From the NCBI RefSeq assembly GCF_006345805.1, contig NC_043008.1:21638001-21702000 (forward strand): a DNA stretch of 64,000 bases, given 5' to 3'. The DNA is from Octopus sinensis. Its lineage: Eukaryota. Shown one piece after another: positions 25,691 to 38,731 of the stretch. The notes under the pieces were generated by a model, which saw nothing but the letters and a program-made list of their open reading frames with translations, did no database searches and had not been told where the DNA came from. A program made the translations under genes and the position numbers. The number at the start of each line of letters is the position of its first letter. Position 1 is the stretch's first letter.

Positions 25691-26077
25691 AAATATATAC
25701 ATACAATATTAGACATGTACTTATATACATAAGGGTACTAAATGAGTACCTATATCGCTCATGATAGGTGGTAGAGAAGTATTTTTTGACTTCTATCATG
25801 AGCGATATAGGTACTCATTTAGTACCCTTATGTATATATGTATATATCTAATATTGTATGTATATATTTCAAAATGTGACCTCGTGTGTACCGTTGGCGA
25901 TTTTTTTCCCTCTGTCTTCCCTTCTCTGGATCTTTCCTTCTCCTATGTTTCCGACGACGAGCTCCGCTCGAAACGTTAACCCCTCCTTCTTCCCTTCTTT
26001 CCTGAGCGTCCAATAATACTATATTTGTTCCACGTCCTCGCGTTGTTGTTTTTTTGTGCTTTCTTGTTTAGATTAAC
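25691..26077 (+). mobile_element. HHR element with 77-bp inverted 5' arms
   Basis: Arms at 25691-25767 and 25793-25869. HHR-like GTTT-CCGACGA-C-GAGC tcc GCTC-GAAA-CG-TT-AAC at 25947-25981. 3' end at (TA)n. Confidence 0.75.
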
Positions 26078-26111
<34 letters not shown>

Positions 26112-26113
<2 letters not shown>

Positions 26114-26720
26114 TTGTGTTTCACGACAAAATTTACAGTAAGCTCTTTTGATATTTATTTTACTTGGCTCTAACCGTGATGAAAATCGAGAATCCAATAA
26201 AAGTTTGTTCGATAATTTATGATGGTATTGTTTAATTCTTTTCTTTGGCGGAATTAAATCTAAGGCAATTTTATCCCTGCTTTTATCTTCCGCATTCTTG
26301 CTCATCATGAGGGCTATAAATCACTCGTAATTCATAAAAGTTTAACGAGATAATAAGGAGGCACTTGTCACTTATATATAAAACATGCTACTCACTGGCA
26401 TGAAAGGTGGCAATCCGGCGATACTGGATGGTACGTACGATACACGTATAGAACACGTTTTATACCAACTATCTACCAATTAGCCATACTCGTTATATAA
26501 TGTTGCAAAATATATTTTCATATAAAATAGTAAGTCCAATATTCATGTAATGCATTTATTGTTGCGTTGTTCACTTACATACGATGTAATCTTAATTATT
26601 ATATAAAGCAAAACTTTTGAAAAAAGTACCAAGACCAAATTATTGCAGCGTAGTACCAAAAGTATTACCGCACACAACAGTACCAAATTTGTTACAATAA
26701 TACTAGGTTCGGCAAGCCTG
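26112..26720 (-). mobile_element. Probable hAT transposon 5' end with N-terminal zinc-finger remnant
   Basis: Minus strand starts CAGGCTTGCCGAAC (hAT-like CAGG terminus). The ORF encodes DSRFSSRLEPSKINIKRAYCKFC, like hAT N-terminal zinc fingers, and is cut by (TA)n. Confidence 0.55.
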
Positions 26721-26794
<74 letters not shown>

Positions 26795-26801
<7 letters not shown>

Positions 26802-27458
26802 AAAGGCTCCCAAATAAGGAAGCTTAGTGCTAGAGACACAAAGAGGGATAAATTCATGGAGAGAGTGAAATTCAAAAACATTTACCATTAACGATATATC
26901 CCGGACTGATCAGTTTCTACCTCTTTCTAGCAAAACAGACAGAACATGTTTGCCAAGTCAAGGTTCGTCAGCGGGGCGCCTTCCTAATTCTAGATGCACA
27001 GAGCGTTAGAGCACATGTCGATCTAACAATTTGTATATCTTAACTTTTCAAATCTCTGCGCACACGCAAAATATACCCGGCGACATAGAGCATGCCGGTA
27101 AAAAAGTTTACGAACAAATTTATCAAGTAATATGTGAACATAATCAAAAAGGGTAATAACATAGGTTATTATTACCAGTGGCCTAGCACAAAAGACGAAT
27201 CATCATTAGACAAAATATTATTCATATAGAAAAATATTATTCATATATCAGTTCGAGATATATCGTTAATGGTAAATGTTTTTGAATTTCCCTCTCTCCA
27301 TGAATTCATCCCTCTTTGTGTCTCTAGCACTAAGCTTCCTTATTTGGGAGCCTTTTATTATATTTCTATATGAATAAAATTTTGTCTAAGGACTAATTCG
27401 TCTTTTGTGCTAGGCCACTGGTAATAATAACCTATGTTATTACCCTTTTGATTATGTT
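26795..27458. mobile_element. (TA)n-flanked HHR element, A-x-B / A'-B' inverted architecture
   Basis: 27247-27362 is the reverse complement of 26795-26910; 27363-27458 is the reverse complement of about 27137-27232. Confidence 0.88.
26900..26975 (-). ncRNA. Type I hammerhead motif with extended stem II
   Basis: CCCG-CTGACGA-ACCTT gac TTGGCAAAC(11-nt loop)GTTTTGCTAG aaa GAGGT-A-GAAA-CTGATCAG-TC-CGGG: GUC triplet, 10-nt palindrome ACUGAUCAGU. Confidence 0.85.
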
Positions 27459-27490
<32 letters not shown>

Positions 27491-27505
27491 GATATATATA
27501 TATAT

Positions 27506-27919
27506 AGTCATCAAAAAAGGGGGTAGAATTAATAATTGTTAATAAATTCGACCAAGCAGTATTCGGTATGTAAAGACCATTTACGGTGTATTTGAAGTAT
27601 TAATTTATAAAAATATGTAAAGTAAAAAAATTCACTTTACCACACACCGAACTTTTCAGAAATAGCAGCCAAAATATGGCTATTTCTTCAACTGCAAATA
27701 AAAGTCTCCAGACAATGCATACTCAGAAAATAACTCACATAGGTATATACCTATGTGAGTTATTTTCTGAGTATGCATTGTCTGGAGACTTTTATTTGCA
27801 GTTGAAGAAATAGCCACATTTTTGGCTGCTATTTCTGAAAAGTTCGGTGTGTGGTAAAGTGAATTTTTTTTTTTTTTTTTACTTTACCATATTTTTATAA
27901 ATATTATATATATATATAG

Positions 27920-27950
<31 letters not shown>

Positions 27951-28344
27951 ATATAGTCATCAAAAAAGGGGGTAGAATTAATTAATTGTTAATAAATTCG
28001 ACCAAGCAGTATTCGGTATGTAAAGACCATTTACGGTGTATTTGAAGTATTAATTTATAAAAATATGGTAAAGTAAAAAAATTCACTTTACCACACACCG
28101 AACTTTTCAGAAATAGCAGCCAAAATATGGCTATTTCTTCAACTGCAAATAAAAGTCTCCAGACAATGCATACTCAGAAAATAACTCACATAGGTATATA
28201 CCTATGTGAGTTATTTTTGAGTATGCATTGTCTGGAGACTTTTATTTGCAGTTGAAGAAATAGCCACATTTTTGGCTGCTATTTCTGAAAAGTTCGGTGT
28301 GTGGTAAAGTGAATTTTTTTTTTTTTTTTTTACTTACCATATTT

Positions 28345-28350
<6 letters not shown>
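27506..28350. repeat. Tandem pair of about 450-bp units, each holding a spacerless palindrome of about 300 bp
   Basis: Symmetry centres in GGTAT|ATACC at 27746/27747 and 28197/28198. Units start AGTCATCAAAAAAGGGG at 27506 and 27955, separated by (TA)n. Confidence 0.93.
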
Positions 28351-28404
<54 letters not shown>

Positions 28405-28409
28405 TATAC

Positions 28410-28530
28410 ATATATACAATACGGGATTCTTACAGTTTCTGTTTACCAAATCCATTCGTAACGCTTTGGTCGGGCCGAAGCTATTGTGGAAGATACTCGG
28501 GACGCAGTGGTATTGAACCCGGAACAATGT
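28410..28530 (-). mobile_element. CORE-type SINE head fragment
   Basis: CAGTTTCTGTTTACCAAATCC...GCAGTGGTATTGAACCCGGAAC. Confidence 0.75.
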
Positions 28531-30185
28531 GCTTCTTTTTTTTTATTTTGGGTTCATCTGTTTCTTCTACTTGTTACAGCAATATTCCCCCTTTGTTGTC
28601 TGAGCTTGCAAGAAATTTTACACCTCCATATAATGAATCTTGATCCTATTACCTTATCAATTAACATCAACCCTCTTAACCTCAAATACTTTACAAAAAA
28701 TTCTCACATCGAAAATGTGATTTCTAGTGCTGCTTTTTTGTGAAACTTATTGCCATCCATACTTTACTGAATGAAAACTTAAAAGCCAACTGATTCACCT
28801 TACCTAACGATAAATGATTGAAAGAATCATGAATACATTTCCCTTATATTCGATGTATGAAAAAACAGAAAAGCAATTTTCTTTTTTCTTTTCCGAATTC
28901 AGTTTCCTCATTTGTTATTAATGTACTCGAGTGTTAAACTACGAAATTTTCCGTTTCTGGTACGAAATTCTTGTAAGTATTTGGAAATAAAATAGTGTAA
29001 AATATTACTTCTGTGTAAAAGTTATCCTGAAAATATACTGATAACGATTTTGATACATGCCAAAAGAATATGCAGATGTATGAAATATGTAAGCACAAGT
29101 ATATTGTAACGCTTCTTATCTGCAAATGACAGAAGCTAAAAATCGTTAAAGATATAAAAAAAACCGGAAAAACAATGAACTACAAAAATAAAATAATACA
29201 AGCAGATAACAAATCCCGAGGTAACTCATTCATATTTTAAATTTGTTCTTAGTGTTGAGAAATGCAATATGTACCGTAGGTTATGGAATTTATCAATTTC
29301 TAAATTAATAAGTTTAGTTGATGATAACTTATTCATTTCCAATAGGCAAAATACATATGGTGAGAATGAAAAATATCCAATTATTGATATTTCGTACTAT
29401 GCTGGATATTTAATGCAACAATGAAATGCAATTGTAGAAAGTTTCGTTATATATAAAAAAAAAAAAAACATACTGCATAACAAAAAGAAGACTACTTACG
29501 TAAAAAATTCATTCCCCGAAATCAATATCAATCAACATTGGAATATATAACCATGCATATCTTTAAAACATATTTCCATTTTGTAATAATCAATAGTGCC
29601 AAAAATCTTCTCGTTATTTCCTTTTCAAAAAGGAGAAGAAAAATAAATGTCGTTCTTTGAATGAAACTCACAGTTGCAGGTGACGTTTTGTAAGCTTTCA
29701 TGTCTGGCAAAGGATATTAAGATGGAAGACGTATAGGTATTGTTGAATGGGAAATTTTAGAAAACGATAAATCAACGAATGTTATTGTTGCTGTCGTTGT
29801 ATCATTCAGGTAAACTGTATATAATATGGACGTTATGATGATGGATACATCTCCCAATCTCTCGGTAGTTATATACATATACACTCTTATTCACACACAT
29901 ATGGGGGAGATGGATACAAAGCGTTTAGCTTCACCGTGGCGTTTATTGTTAGAATATATTCTATTGATCCAAGAAATTTAAATAGATAAGTTATTCTCGT
30001 TTGCTTAAGTTATAGTCACTATATATAAATTTCCGCTAATATATAAATTAATTACACCCACCCCACATGCACAGAAGCACACACATATACATGCATACAT
30101 ACATGAATGTGTGTGCGTGTTTCCTTTAACTGTGTGCATATGAATACCTTTCATTTGGAAAGTACAATGACCACCCAAATAAATA

Positions 30186-30290
30186 TATATCTTGATATAT
30201 AAAATCCATTCTGTCTGTCTGTTTCTGCGCTTATAACTCGAGTATTGTTCATCTGATCGCGCTGAAATTTTAAACATGGTTACATGAGAG
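30186..30290 (+). mobile_element. Non-autonomous Helitron-like (DINE-type) 5' fragment
   Basis: TATATAAAATCCATTCTGTCTGTCTG; the same start occurs on the minus strand at about 32795. Confidence 0.45.
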
Positions 30291-30959
30291 AGAGCGGGGT
30301 GTTCCGTAATCTGAAAAGATTTTCATAATTGTTAGTTTCAAAGTAAGAATCGCTATTTTTGTAATCTTTATGTCCTGTTTGTTCCGCCATTAAAACAACC
30401 AGTTGCTCAGACAGCCGGCACATACCATTTCGCGAGCAACAAGGGGAGTGCAGGATGACAGTCAGCCCAAACCGTCGCTATGCTGTCTATCTTCTTCCTT
30501 TCTTTGTGTGGTTAATAATCTCAATCTTTAGTTAGTTTCTCATTCAAACTACAAAATAGGCAGAATTGTCGGATTAAGACAGTTGGGTGTTTTGAGGGAT
30601 ATTTGGCTGCTATTTCTACCAGATCTAGCTACCATGTAGAGGTCTGCCTCATTGATATTATATATTCCTTATGCTTTCCAAAACCGAGTTGCAGATTTTG
30701 ACGTATGGGGTATCAAAAGATTCAGTACTATTTTGGCTACAAATTAAACTTGATTTTCATTCACATATTAGCATTTCAAACATTTAACATAATCTTTTCC
30801 ATAAATCAACTATCGTAAAAATTTTATACGATGACGTCACATTTTCTATATGTGCGTGTGCCCTAAAAGACGTCAATCATCACGACACACACCTTCACTC
30901 ACTAACTTTATCTCTCTTTCTCACCCTCTTTCTCTCTCACATACACACGCGCAAGCAGA

Positions 30960-32530
30960 CCGATATGAAAACCTCCGATGAAAATCAAAGAGCTGCAGAA
31001 AAACAGTGGGTAATCAAAAAAATCAAACAGGATCCAAAAAGGGTTCTATTCCTAAGCAAATAAGCATAGGACCGCTGTCTCACCCATTGGTCCATTGATC
31101 GATGATAACGGCATTCCCCAACACGGTGCTAAAGAAATGGCAAAAGTACTGCAGAAACAATACTGCTCTGTCTTTAGTAATCCCACTGATACTGACGTAA
31201 GAGAAGCGAACGATGTTGATTCCCAACATAAAACCTCGGACATAACCTTCACTGCCTCTGACATCATAGCAGCAATAAATGAGGTCAAATACTATTCTGC
31301 TGTAGGCCCTGATAGATTCCCCGCTAATCTCCAGAAGGAATATAGACACCAACTTGCAGTCCCTCTGGCCAACCTCTGGAGAAATTCTTTAGACTCAGGT
31401 TATATACCGAAACAGCTCCTATCCTACTCTTTCATCTCGGTTTACAAACAGGGAAACAGATCTCTCGCAGTCAACTGTCGCCCAATCTCACTCACCTGCC
31501 ATATCATTAAAGTGTTTGAAAGAGTGGTAAGATCAAGGATAGCTGGTTTGCTGGAGATACACAAACTTCTAAATTCAAATCAGCACAGCTTTCCGTGTGG
31601 CAGGGACTATCTAACACAGCTCTTACACCACATAGATGATATACGTAAAGCCTTGGGAACAAGCTTGAACTATGATGTCATATATCTTGACTTCAGTAAA
31701 GCGTTCGACAGAGTTGACCATAATATCTTACTCTCAAAATTGGCAAATGTTAGAATCCGCGGAAAATTTCTAAACTGGATTGAGTATTTCCTGGCGAACA
31801 GATCACAAGTTGTAGTCAATGGAGTCCACTGAAGCCCAGCAAAAGTCAACAGTGGTGTGTCTCAGGGGGCTGTCTTGGGCCCCACTCCTCTTTATAATCT
31901 ATATAAACGACCTTTCCAGTGTCATAAAACACAGCAAAGTGAAAATATTTGCTGATGACACTAAGCTCCAGAAAATCATCAATGAAGAAGAAGACCGAAC
32001 TCAACTCCAGTCTGATCTACATGTGGCGAGTCAATGGGCAGAAAAAAACAAAATGCAACTAAAAAAATTTTAGCCGATGCATTTTGGAAAAAAGACTATG
32101 CAAAACAACCATACTCTCTTCCTTTAGGGAACCCTCTCACAGTATCTAATTATATCAGACACCTAGAAGTAATTGATAACAATCTCAGATGGAATGCCCA
32201 CATCAACTAAAAGGTCGATATAGCTCGTAGGATGAGCTCCTGGATCCTAAGACCCTTCCGGTCCAGAGAACAAGGTATCATCTCCTCCTTTGTATGACCA
32301 TACCTCGAATACTGCTGCTCCCTGTGGTCCCCCATACAAAACAAAGCATTTCGAAAATTGAATCACCCTAGAAAGCATACACTAAACGAATTAATGGCAT
32401 GACTGATCTCGATTACTGGGACCGCCTTAAAACATGGAAATTCTGCTCCCTCCAGCGCCGCCATAAGCGATACATCATTTGCAAAATGTGGATGAAACAC
32501 TGATTTAACTTAAATTTGAGACACCAAAGA
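30960..32530 (+). pseudogene. CR1/L2-group LINE reverse transcriptase, disrupted
   Basis: ORF 31095-31832 has CRPISLTCHIIKVFE and YDVIYLDFSKAFDRVDH; the next frame has LFIIYINDL and KIFADDTKL; downstream LEYCCSLWSP and LQRRHKRYII. Several stops and frameshifts. Confidence 0.95.
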
Positions 32531-32539
32531 GGCCGGCTT

Positions 32540-32793
32540 TTTTGCGCAAACTGCTGTACATTTTTCTCGCGTACGTGTAGTATCGATCGCAACACCTGAT
32601 GTACTTGCGCGTACAAATGCACGTTCCCACGGCTTTATCGATCGCATTCTCACCTGGAATCGATTTTTGTATTTTTTTCAAAACTTATACACGCCCTGAT
32701 ACCGTCGGTATCTGCATTTCAAATCTGAGCGCAATCGGATGGAAGATGCCCAAGATCCTAGAAGACACACACACACAGAGACAGAATGGATTT

Positions 32794-32800
<7 letters not shown>
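32540..32800 (-). mobile_element. Non-autonomous Helitron-like element
   Basis: Minus start TATATAAAATCCATTCTGTCTCTGTGTGTG, shared with 30186. Confidence 0.45.
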
Positions 32801-32841
<41 letters not shown>

Positions 32842-33091
32842 GCATATTTATATTTATATGTATACATATATGTGTATATATGCATATATATACATAATAT
32901 ATATATATATTATATATATATATATATAATATATATATATATATAATATATATATACATATATATATATACATATATATATTTGTATATATGCATATTTA
33001 TATTTATATGTATATATATGTGTATATATGCATATATATATATACATAAATAAATATATACATATTTTCATACATACATACAAACATACAT

Positions 33092-33155
<64 letters not shown>
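32800..33155. repeat. (TA)n/(CATA)n compound microsatellite
   Basis: Direct reading. Confidence 0.95.
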
Positions 33156-33157
<2 letters not shown>

Positions 33158-33669
33158 CACAGGGGGGAGAGAAGGGGAGTACATTTCGGAATGTTATTAG
33201 TGCCCACATCTCTATGCAAGTTAATAAAGCCATTTTGAATAATTGATTTCCTTTCTAATTCGAGAGACAAATATAGAAACCTCCATATAAAATTTCTTTT
33301 TGATACTGGATGATTGTAATTAAGTGATGAATTCTTTTAATTGCAGCGTGTAATTTTGAAATTATGGGTACATATTCACTGATGATGTGATAAGAATTTA
33401 ACGAGATAACCAACGTTCTTCTCATATGATGTGTGTGTGTGTATGTCTGTGCATGTGCGTGTGTGTTTAGTGGCTGTGTAATTATAAATCAAGAAGCGAT
33501 TCGCCAACACTTTGTTCTTATTATACCACGTGACTGTAGCTACGTTTAAAGAGAACGCCTCAGATTTGTGGGATGGGTATCGTCTGTATTCCTTGTGCTA
33601 CTGCTGCTGCACCTGCTTTTGCTGCTACTAATGACGATGTTGATGATAATGGTGCCATTAATAGTAATA

Positions 33670-34530
33670 ATAATAATTATTATTCTTTCTACAAGGTTGA
33701 AATTTTGGGGCGGAGCGAGTGTCGTTACATCGACTCTAGTACTCAATTGGTACTTATTTTATCGACCTTGAAAGACTAAAAGACAAAGTCGATTACGATG
33801 GGATTTGAACCTTGAACGTAAAGGTTCGGGAAGGATGCGGTAAGCATTTTGTCTGACAGGCTAATGATTCTGCTAATCCAACGCCTTTAAATGGCTTCTG
33901 ATTAAGGCACCGGGAGAGAAATGCAGTCGATACAATTGACCTCACCGCTACACTGTCACCTTAATTTATCGACCCTAGAGAGATGAAAAGCAAAGTCGAC
34001 CTCGGCGGAATTTGAACTCAGAACGTAACGGCAGACGAAATACATATTTCTTTATTACCCACAAGGGGCTAAACACAGAGGGGACAAACATGGACAGACA
34101 TAGGTATTAAGTCGATTACATCGACCCCAGTGCGTAACTGGTACTTAATTTATCGACCCCGAAAGGATGAAAGGCAAAGTCTACCTCGGCGGAATTTGAA
34201 CTCACAACGTAGCAACAGATGAAATACCGCTAAGCATTTTGCCCGGCGTGCTAACGTTTCTGCCAGTTCGCCGCCATGTGTGTGTCTCTTTCTGGTTTCT
34301 CTTTCTGGTTGTATCGCCGCCATCGATAACAATAATTGTTTCAAATTTTGCCACAAGGGCAGCAATCTTGCAGGAGGGGTTAAGTTGATTACATCGACTC
34401 CAGTGTTTCACTGGTATTTAAGTTATCGATTCCGAAAGAATGAAAGGCAAAGTCGACCTATGCGGAATTTGAAATCAGAACATAAAGATGGACGAAATGC
34501 CGCTAAGAATTTTTGCTCGCCGTGCTTACC
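33670..34530 (-). mobile_element. Cluster of SINE family 2 copies (33670-33890; dimer 33900-34275; 34335-34530)
   Basis: Four bodies with the GATGAAAGGCAAAGTCGACC...GAATTTGAAC motif; one dimer linker at about 34040-34100. Confidence 0.88.
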
Positions 34531-34680
34531 GCATTCAATAACAATAATAGTAATTAGATTGTCAGGCATAAGGTCTTGCAACAGGGCTTCGATTAAACAA
34601 ATTATCTGTTTAGTTTCAAACAGCAATTTGGAATGAAATTCCTTTGACTTCTCCAATATGACCTTCAATTAAAAAAAATA

Positions 34681-35243
34681 TTGGGTGGTCCGGAAAGTTC
34701 GTACCGATCTATAGTAGCTTACCTTTCGACTTATTTTAGAACATGGTTGAGTTCATAAAATAGGATTTGACTATACCTCCATTTAGAGCACAGTTTAAGC
34801 TATCTTTTCTTGGAAGAAGGATTATGTTCCTATAACCTGTATTAATTCTGTAACCCTTTAAAATGGAAGATAAAGTTCATTTTCGCCACTTGATGCTTTG
34901 GAAACCAGGCAAAAATTGCTGCAGCTCGGCTGGGATGTGTTACCCCTCCCTCCATATTCACCAGATATTGCGCTTTCAGATTTCCAATTATTCAGGTTTC
35001 TGCAGAATAGTTTTAATGGTAAAAATTCCAATTCCTTGGATGACGTAAAAAGATACCTTGATGAATTCTTTGCCATGAAACCACCTCAATTCTGGAAAGA
35101 GGGTATTTTCAAGTTAAAGGTAAGATGGAGACGCATTGTGCCACAAAATGATTCATATTTAGTTGATTAATAATGTAATGGCAAGTATTTATTGATCTTT
35201 TTCTTTCCTTTAAAAATCGGCACGAACTTTCCGGACAACCCAA
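34681..35243 (+). mobile_element. Internally deleted mariner with both TIRs and TA TSD
   Basis: TA-TTGGGTGGTCCGGAAAGTTCGT ... ACGAACTTTCCGGACAACCCAA-TA. The N-terminus MEDKVHFRHLML is joined at about 34900 to the C-terminus LPPYSPDIALSDFQLF. Confidence 0.93.
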
Positions 35244-35804
35244 TATATGCTGTGATTTGCTAGAAATCTGACTACTATTTTTTTTTGTTTGGTACACAGC
35301 GAGGTTCTATACAGCCAATGTTAACTACAGGAAGCTGCTTGAACAAAAAAAGAGATGAGTTGTTGAAATATAAGCTCATTTACATATTCGTTGGAGATAG
35401 AATGAGATCCTATGATCTCACAGTCGGTGGTGCTATCAAAGATGCCGCATACAGAAACGTGGCAGTGAAAATGGAATACTAATTTTACCTTTCCCAATGC
35501 TTCTATGATAAGTATGCGTCTATAAGATTATCGATAAAACCCACGTCACATTATCAAGCCTCAGCAATTTTCTCAGACAGCTGTTTTACTATTTCCCAAA
35601 TGTGAAAATCAAAAGCAGTTCTGTATGCTTAAAATGACATTATTCAAAACAACTGATATTAATATCTCGATATCTGTAACTTAACCGTTTTAAGAATTCT
35701 TCAGACATTTACATATTATTCAGCCGGAAAACCTACTATCAGAATAATCGTTAGCATATACCGGTAGCTATGACAGAAAATGAGAAAATTACGGTTACCA
35801 AACA

Positions 35805-35855
<51 letters not shown>

Positions 35856-36292
35856 CACACACATATTCACACACACAACATCTGTACACGTAGATACATA
35901 TATACATACACACACATACACACATATAGCCACATATATAGAAATATATATCTTATATATATGCATATATATATATATATACTGTATATACACACACTCA
36001 CATACAAACATATATTTATATTTTATATAAATATGTATATATATATATGTTATATATACATATGCGTATATAGGGTAAAGACCCCCTTCGGTCATGAATG
36101 ACCATATATATATATATATATATGTATGTATGCGTGTATTTATGCATGTATGTATGTAGATATACATGTATTTATGAGCGGGTGTGTCTGCGTATGTACG
36201 TGTATGCATGTAGGAATGGTTTATTATTTGTGTGTGTGTATTGGAAATGGGCATGCATGTGCGTGCATGTATAAGTAAACTATGCATGAATG

Positions 36293-36326
<34 letters not shown>

Positions 36327-36359
36327 TGTATGTATGTATGTATGTATGTGTGTGTGTTC

Positions 36360-37060
36360 AGGGTACGCTAATTTTCGTTAAGGTTAAGTTACTTGAGGTT
36401 GTTGACTCTTTGATCTACCTTGGAAGGTCTGTACAGAATGATGGAAATCTGGACAAAGAATTACGTCTGCTAATTCAAAATGCAGCAGAAGCCTTTTGTG
36501 GTTTGGAGTCACGCGTTTGGCGCCAACGACATATAAATAACAGCACAAAATTGGCTCTTTACAAATCGTTTGTCTTACCATCCCTGTTGTATTCTTCTGA
36601 AGCATGAACGTGTTATGAAAGACCTTTGAAATTGTTAGAATGATTCCACCAAAAATGGCTTCACCGCACTTTCAACATTAAATGAGGCGTTTTTTTTAAA
36701 ACTGCAGACACAGATGTCTTTGCGTCTGCAGGCATCACTTCAATTAAATCAATGATTCTGAAAAAATCAAATGAGATGACTGGCCATATTATTCGAATTG
36801 CGGATGAACGCACACAAACAGTAGTTTTATGTCGATCTTGCAGAGAGGAAACTCAGTCAGTGTAATAAAAGGCTGAAGGACAGCTTAAGGGCTACCATGA
36901 AATCACGCGGAATTAATCCATAAAAAACATAGAAACCCTTGGTTCGGATCGAGCTGGATGGCGATTGAAAGTGTAAAGTGGAGTGAAAGCTTTTGAGGAG
37001 GCCAGGGTAACACATGCAACACAAGAAAGATTTAATGAAGAATGTTCCTATCGAGAAGAT
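36360..37060 (+). pseudogene. RTE (BovB-like) LINE RT C-terminal fragment
   Basis: LEVVDSLIYLGRSV..DKELRLLIQNAAEAF..TKLALYKSFVLPSLLYSSEA*, then a decayed continuation. Confidence 0.9.
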
Positions 37061-37309
37061 GAATCTCTGACCTTTTTGTGCGCAAATTTTGTGACAGACC
37101 ATGCCTTTCTTTTGTTGGGTTCAGATTTTATTTCCGGACCAACGAAAAATAAACCTGCACCAACTATTCTGCCTATATATCTGAGCACACCTTTCAATGA
37201 CGTGTATGCCATACGGTCTGCAAATCTAACGGGGCCCTCAAAAGTCATTTTAAGAACCAACTCTTGGTGGTCCAAATCGGATATGCAACCTATGTCTCTC
37301 TCTCTCTCT

Positions 37310-37378
37310 TTCTCTATCTATCTATATATCTATCTATCCATCTCTCTCTCTATATCTCTCTCAATCTCTCTATATCCG

Positions 37379-37460
<82 letters not shown>

Positions 37461-37562
37461 AATCCAGCTCTCTATTTATCTAGCTATACATCTCTCTCTC
37501 TTCCTCTATGTATGTATGTATGTATGTATGTATGTATGTATGTATGTATGTATGTATGTATG

Positions 37563-37602
<40 letters not shown>

Positions 37603-37623
37603 CATCCATCCATCCATCCATCC

Positions 37624-37691
<68 letters not shown>

Positions 37692-37725
37692 ACCCATCTC
37701 TCTCTCTCTCTCTCTCTCTCTCTTA
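37310..37725. repeat. (TCTA)n/(TATG)n/(TCCA)n/(TC)n compound microsatellite
   Basis: Direct reading. Confidence 0.97.
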
Positions 37726-37849
37726 TGCATCTTTTTTTGTAACCTTGAATGTTTCTAAGCTTCATTTCTACTTTTTTTTTATGAAAGAGTATTGAAAACA
37801 TAATTAATTGGTTAACTGATAGTTTCGAAGATATTGATACAGAGAGAGT

Positions 37850-38230
37850 GATGTCAATGATGATGATGTTGATGATGAAAAGGTGGAAGAGGAAGAAGCG
37901 GAGGATGGGGAAGATCACAATGATGGCTCTCTTCCTGCTCATCGTCATCATGATGGGGATGTTTCTCATTTGATGTTCGCTAATGATCCATCGAAGGTCC
38001 ATCAAAGTTAAAGACGATGGTGGAGATGTCAATGACGAAGAGGAGGAGGAGGAGATGAATGAGGTGAAGGTGAAGGAGGAGGAAGAGGAGATGGAGTAAG
38101 AGGAGGACTGCAAGGACGCTGATGATGACTTTGCTGAAGATGCCGGTGATGAAGATCAGGAGGTGGAGGATGTCGAGTATGACGGAAATTCTGGTGACGA
38201 TGATAACGACGATGACGACGGCGATGATAG
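37850..38230. repeat. Degenerate (GAT)/(GAG) trinucleotide low-complexity tract
   Basis: Direct reading. Confidence 0.85.
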
Positions 38231-38731
38231 TTATATTTCAACACATGTAAACATGCACGCACACACACACACATATACACACACATGCACACACACATTA
38301 CACACACATACGCACAGACAGACGTGCATATACTTGTACACGCACACATTTATGGTGCATTTTGGCGCAAAATATGTGAAGCGGCTTCCTTCCGCCATCG
38401 TCACGGAAAGACTTAAAGCAGGCTTTGCTTAAAGAATTGCTCAAAAAGTCTCTAACACTCGTTCAGACAACGACCTCGAACCCATAAGAGTGACGACCTT
38501 GAACCCACAAGATTAAACAAGAGAGACAGAAACCGGCAGAAACAAGGAAAATGCCCCTTGTATTTGAATACTATGAAAATATTCTTTTAAAAAACTTTCC
38601 ATTTAATTTTTCCAAAATTTAATTATTTCCATGCTTACAGTTGAAGAAGTCTCAATGAAATATTTTTTATAAACTTATTTTACCATTTTCTACCTTGACT
38701 TTTTCCATATATATATATATATATATATATA

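Noticed and set aside
27790-27850. TTGAAGA...GAAA inside the palindrome arms
   Set aside because: The hairpin sequesters core bases, several extra bases precede GAAA, and stem I does not pair.
33375-33410. CTGATGA core match
   Set aside because: No GAAA, stem II or stem I partner.
37682-38432. Ser-, Pro/His- and Asp-rich ORFs
   Set aside because: Degenerate GAT/GAG trinucleotide tract open in several frames, with no splice or domain evidence.
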